From contig NC_043002.1 of the NCBI RefSeq assembly GCF_006345805.1, positions 50,158,001 through 50,222,000 of the forward strand: a stretch of DNA of 64,000 bases, in the 5' to 3' direction. A program made the position numbers and the translations under genes. Of this stretch, positions 61,528-64,000 are shown piece by piece. The notes beneath the pieces are model-generated. The model was not told where the DNA came from, ran no database searches, and saw nothing but the letters and a program-made list of their open reading frames with translations. Position 1 is the first letter of the stretch, and each line of letters opens with the position of its first letter. The stretch is from Octopus sinensis. Lineage: Eukaryota.

Positions 61528-61891
61528 TTAACCCAAGGTAACTTGCCGTAAGATTGAGCCCAGAAACACTTCATTGTTAAGTGAACTTCTCTTCCACACA
61601 GCCATGTCCACTTGCATTTGCTGATGTTATGGGATTTGGTTTTGCCGGTTGCATTGCTGCTTTGAGCACCTAGGGGTCAGGGATGGGGTACCAAAACCTG
61701 TGTAATTGTGAATGATTCTACACATCCTTCTGAATGTCTTTCAACTGTTTTAAAGTTGTTCATGTTTCTTTTGTTATTCTTCTTCTGTTCTTTCTTTCTG
61801 CACTTTTCTCTTTTTTTTTTTCATGTTCTAGTTTGTCTTTTTCATTCCCCATCTTCATCTCATGTTCAGTTCATCTTTCGTTCTTTTTATA

Positions 61892-61931
<40 letters not shown>

Positions 61932-62397
61932 GTTTGTTTGTATATTTGTCTTTGATCATTGAACAAACTAAGTTCAGAATGGAATTGTCGATCGGAAAAC
62001 AATTACCATTGTTAGTGTTATTGTTGTTGTTGTTTTGTTATTGTAATTCTATTCATATTTTTCTTTCTGCCCTGGATGTTATGGTTGAACCATACCAACA
62101 ACAACAACATCAAAACAAACAATGAGAGAGACAGTATGAAGAAAGGATGATGAAACATAGAAGTACTCTTATGTGTATGCTTTGTGTGTGTGGGTGTGTG
62201 TCTTTCACATTGGCTCTGTGGGTAAAGAGTTTGCTTCACAATCAATTAGGTCTTGTGTTCAATCCCACTTTGATTCACCTGGGGCAAATATCATATCATC
62301 TGCTACAGTTCTCAGTTGATCCTAGCCCTGGGAGTAAAACTGGGTGGATGGAAACTTATGGATTGGAAATGTGTTTATTATTCAAAGAACTTATCCT

Positions 62398-62760
62398 GGG
62401 CTGTGTGGTAAGAAGTTTGCTTCCCAACTATATGGTTCCAGGTTCAGTCCCGCTGTGTAACACCTTGGGCAAGTGTCACCTACTAGAGCTCTGGGCTGAA
62501 CAAAGCCTTGTGAGTGGATTTAGTAATTGGAAACTAAAAGAATCCCATCATATGTATGTGTCTGTGTGTTTGTGTCTTTCTGTTTGTGTTTGACCCCCAC
62601 CACTGTTTGACAACCAGTGTTGGTGTGTTTACATCCACATAACTTAGTTTAGCCTAAATGGACCAGGCTTAAAAAAATAAAGTACTGGGGTCAGTTCATG
62701 CAATTAAAATTCTTTAAGGTGGTGCCCTAGCATGGCCACAGCCTAGTGACTGAAACACGT
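62398..62760 (+). mobile_element. SINE family A
   Basis: GGCTGTGTGGTAAGAAGTTTGCTTCCCAAC...GCATGGCCACAGCCTAGTGACTGAAAC. Confidence 0.85.
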
Positions 62761-63024
62761 AACGGGTAAATAGGCTTTTGTTGTTTTTATTATTTTTATG
62801 GTAGTGAACTCACAGAGCCATTACCATGCCAGGAAAATGCTTTACAGCTTTTCATCTAACTTGATCTACTGAGTTCAAATTCTGCCATGGTTGACCTAAT
62901 TTATCAACTGCGAAAGGACGAAAGCAAAGTACCAGTTAAATACTGGGGTCAATATAATCAACTAGCCCCTACCCCAAAATTTCAGGCCTTGTGCCTCTAG
63001 TAACAAGGATTATTTTTTTTTTTT

Positions 63025-63190
63025 ATCATGAGTTTTGTTGGAACTCCTGGAATCTTGCATGTTTAGCGGGCTTGCTACCTGCAGCCTATGGTACCATGCT
63101 ATCTGTTCTTTTCAGCTATCTGATACTTTTGTGATTATTCTGGCTGTGCCAAGGAAGCAAACCTTTTGTAACAGTTCTACTGGGCACTCT
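63025..63190 (-). mobile_element. R4/Dong-type LINE extreme 3' fragment
   Basis: ECPVELLQKVCFLGTARIITKVSDS*, the LQK..LLGTA.I.RK terminal motif; 5' flank (AAT)n. Confidence 0.7.
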
Positions 63191-63309
63191 ATTATTATTG
63201 TTATTATTATTATCATCAGCATCATTATTAAGTGAACGTTGGCAATGGGAAAGGCATCCAGCCGTAGAAAACCCACCTCAATGAATTTTGGAAAAGTAGA
63301 CATTGAAAC

Positions 63310-63900
63310 AATGAATGAACCTTTTTTGGACCAAATAGTGACTGGTGACAAAGAAAAAAAAAGGGTTCTCTATAAAAATGTCAAGTGTTGAAAACAGTGG
63401 GTAGGGAAAGGAGAAACACCAGCACCCACATAAGGTGTTATCTGTTTGGTGGGGTATGAAAGGTTTAGTCCACTTTGAACTTTTAAGCGGAAACCAAATG
63501 ATAACAAAGGAGATCTACTGTGAGCAGCTTGAGCAGCTTAAGTCAATGCTAGATAGAAGGATAATGACCACCTTTGGTTTCAACATGAAAGGTGTTCTTC
63601 CATCAAGATAATGCTCAGCCACATACAGCAAGGACGACATTCTAAAGGCCGGAGCAGTTTGAATGGAAAATGATGCTCCACCCACCATATTCGTCAGGCA
63701 TTGCCCCATCTGATTATCATTTATTCTGCAATTTTCAAAATGGACACAAAATATATGAATTCTGTAGACGAGGTCGGAATAGCACTGGAGAAGAATTTTT
63801 CATCATGGAGAAGTGAATTTTGGAAGAGAGGCCTTGCAAGTTTACCAGTTGGATGGAAGAGCATTGTAGAAAATGAAAGAGAGTATATTTTAGATTAAAA
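63310..63900 (+). mobile_element. mariner (DD34D) transposase pseudogene, catalytic domain
   Basis: EPFLDQIVTGD / KVLSVWWGMKGLVHFELL / HQDNAQPHTA...HPPYSSGIAPSDYHLF (34 residues between the 2nd and 3rd Asp) / EFWKRGLASLPVGWKSIVENEREYILD; stops and frameshifts present. Confidence 0.9.
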
Positions 63901-64000
63901 AAGAACTATTTGTGTGCTGACATATTGATGTGTGTGTATGTATGTGTGTTCAGGCATGCCTATGTATGCATATGCATACATACATAACTGTATTTATGGG

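Overview
AT-rich, microsatellite-saturated eukaryotic DNA, essentially all intronic or intergenic. The repeat families (several tRNA-derived SINEs, RTE tails, TTAA MITEs) look like those of Octopus/coleoid cephalopods; this is inferred from repeat content. I find no intact protein-coding gene. Almost all long ORFs in the track are microsatellite read-throughs. The ORF pieces that do resemble proteins are decayed transposon remnants: RTE, R4/Dong-type RLE LINE, L2-type LINE, two mariners, a maT-type (DD37D-like) transposase and a possible Penelope-like element. Most notable: (1) a ~420-bp foldback at 18879-19298 with ~190-bp arms at ~95% identity, whose right arm has a minimal hammerhead-ribozyme-like motif while the left arm has lost exactly the catalytic CUGAUG strand; (2) R4/Dong-type LINE fragments that abut (AAT)n microsatellites; (3) three near-identical tandem duplications (362 bp, ~519 bp, ~1985 bp) with breakpoints in microsatellites, either recent events or assembly artefacts; (4) a few well-formed minus-strand splice sites that may belong to a spliced, largely non-coding transcript; (5) unique CpG-retaining patches that may be regulatory. 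SINE family labels A-G are my own. Repeat boundaries were read by eye and are approximate unless a TSD or TIR is quoted.
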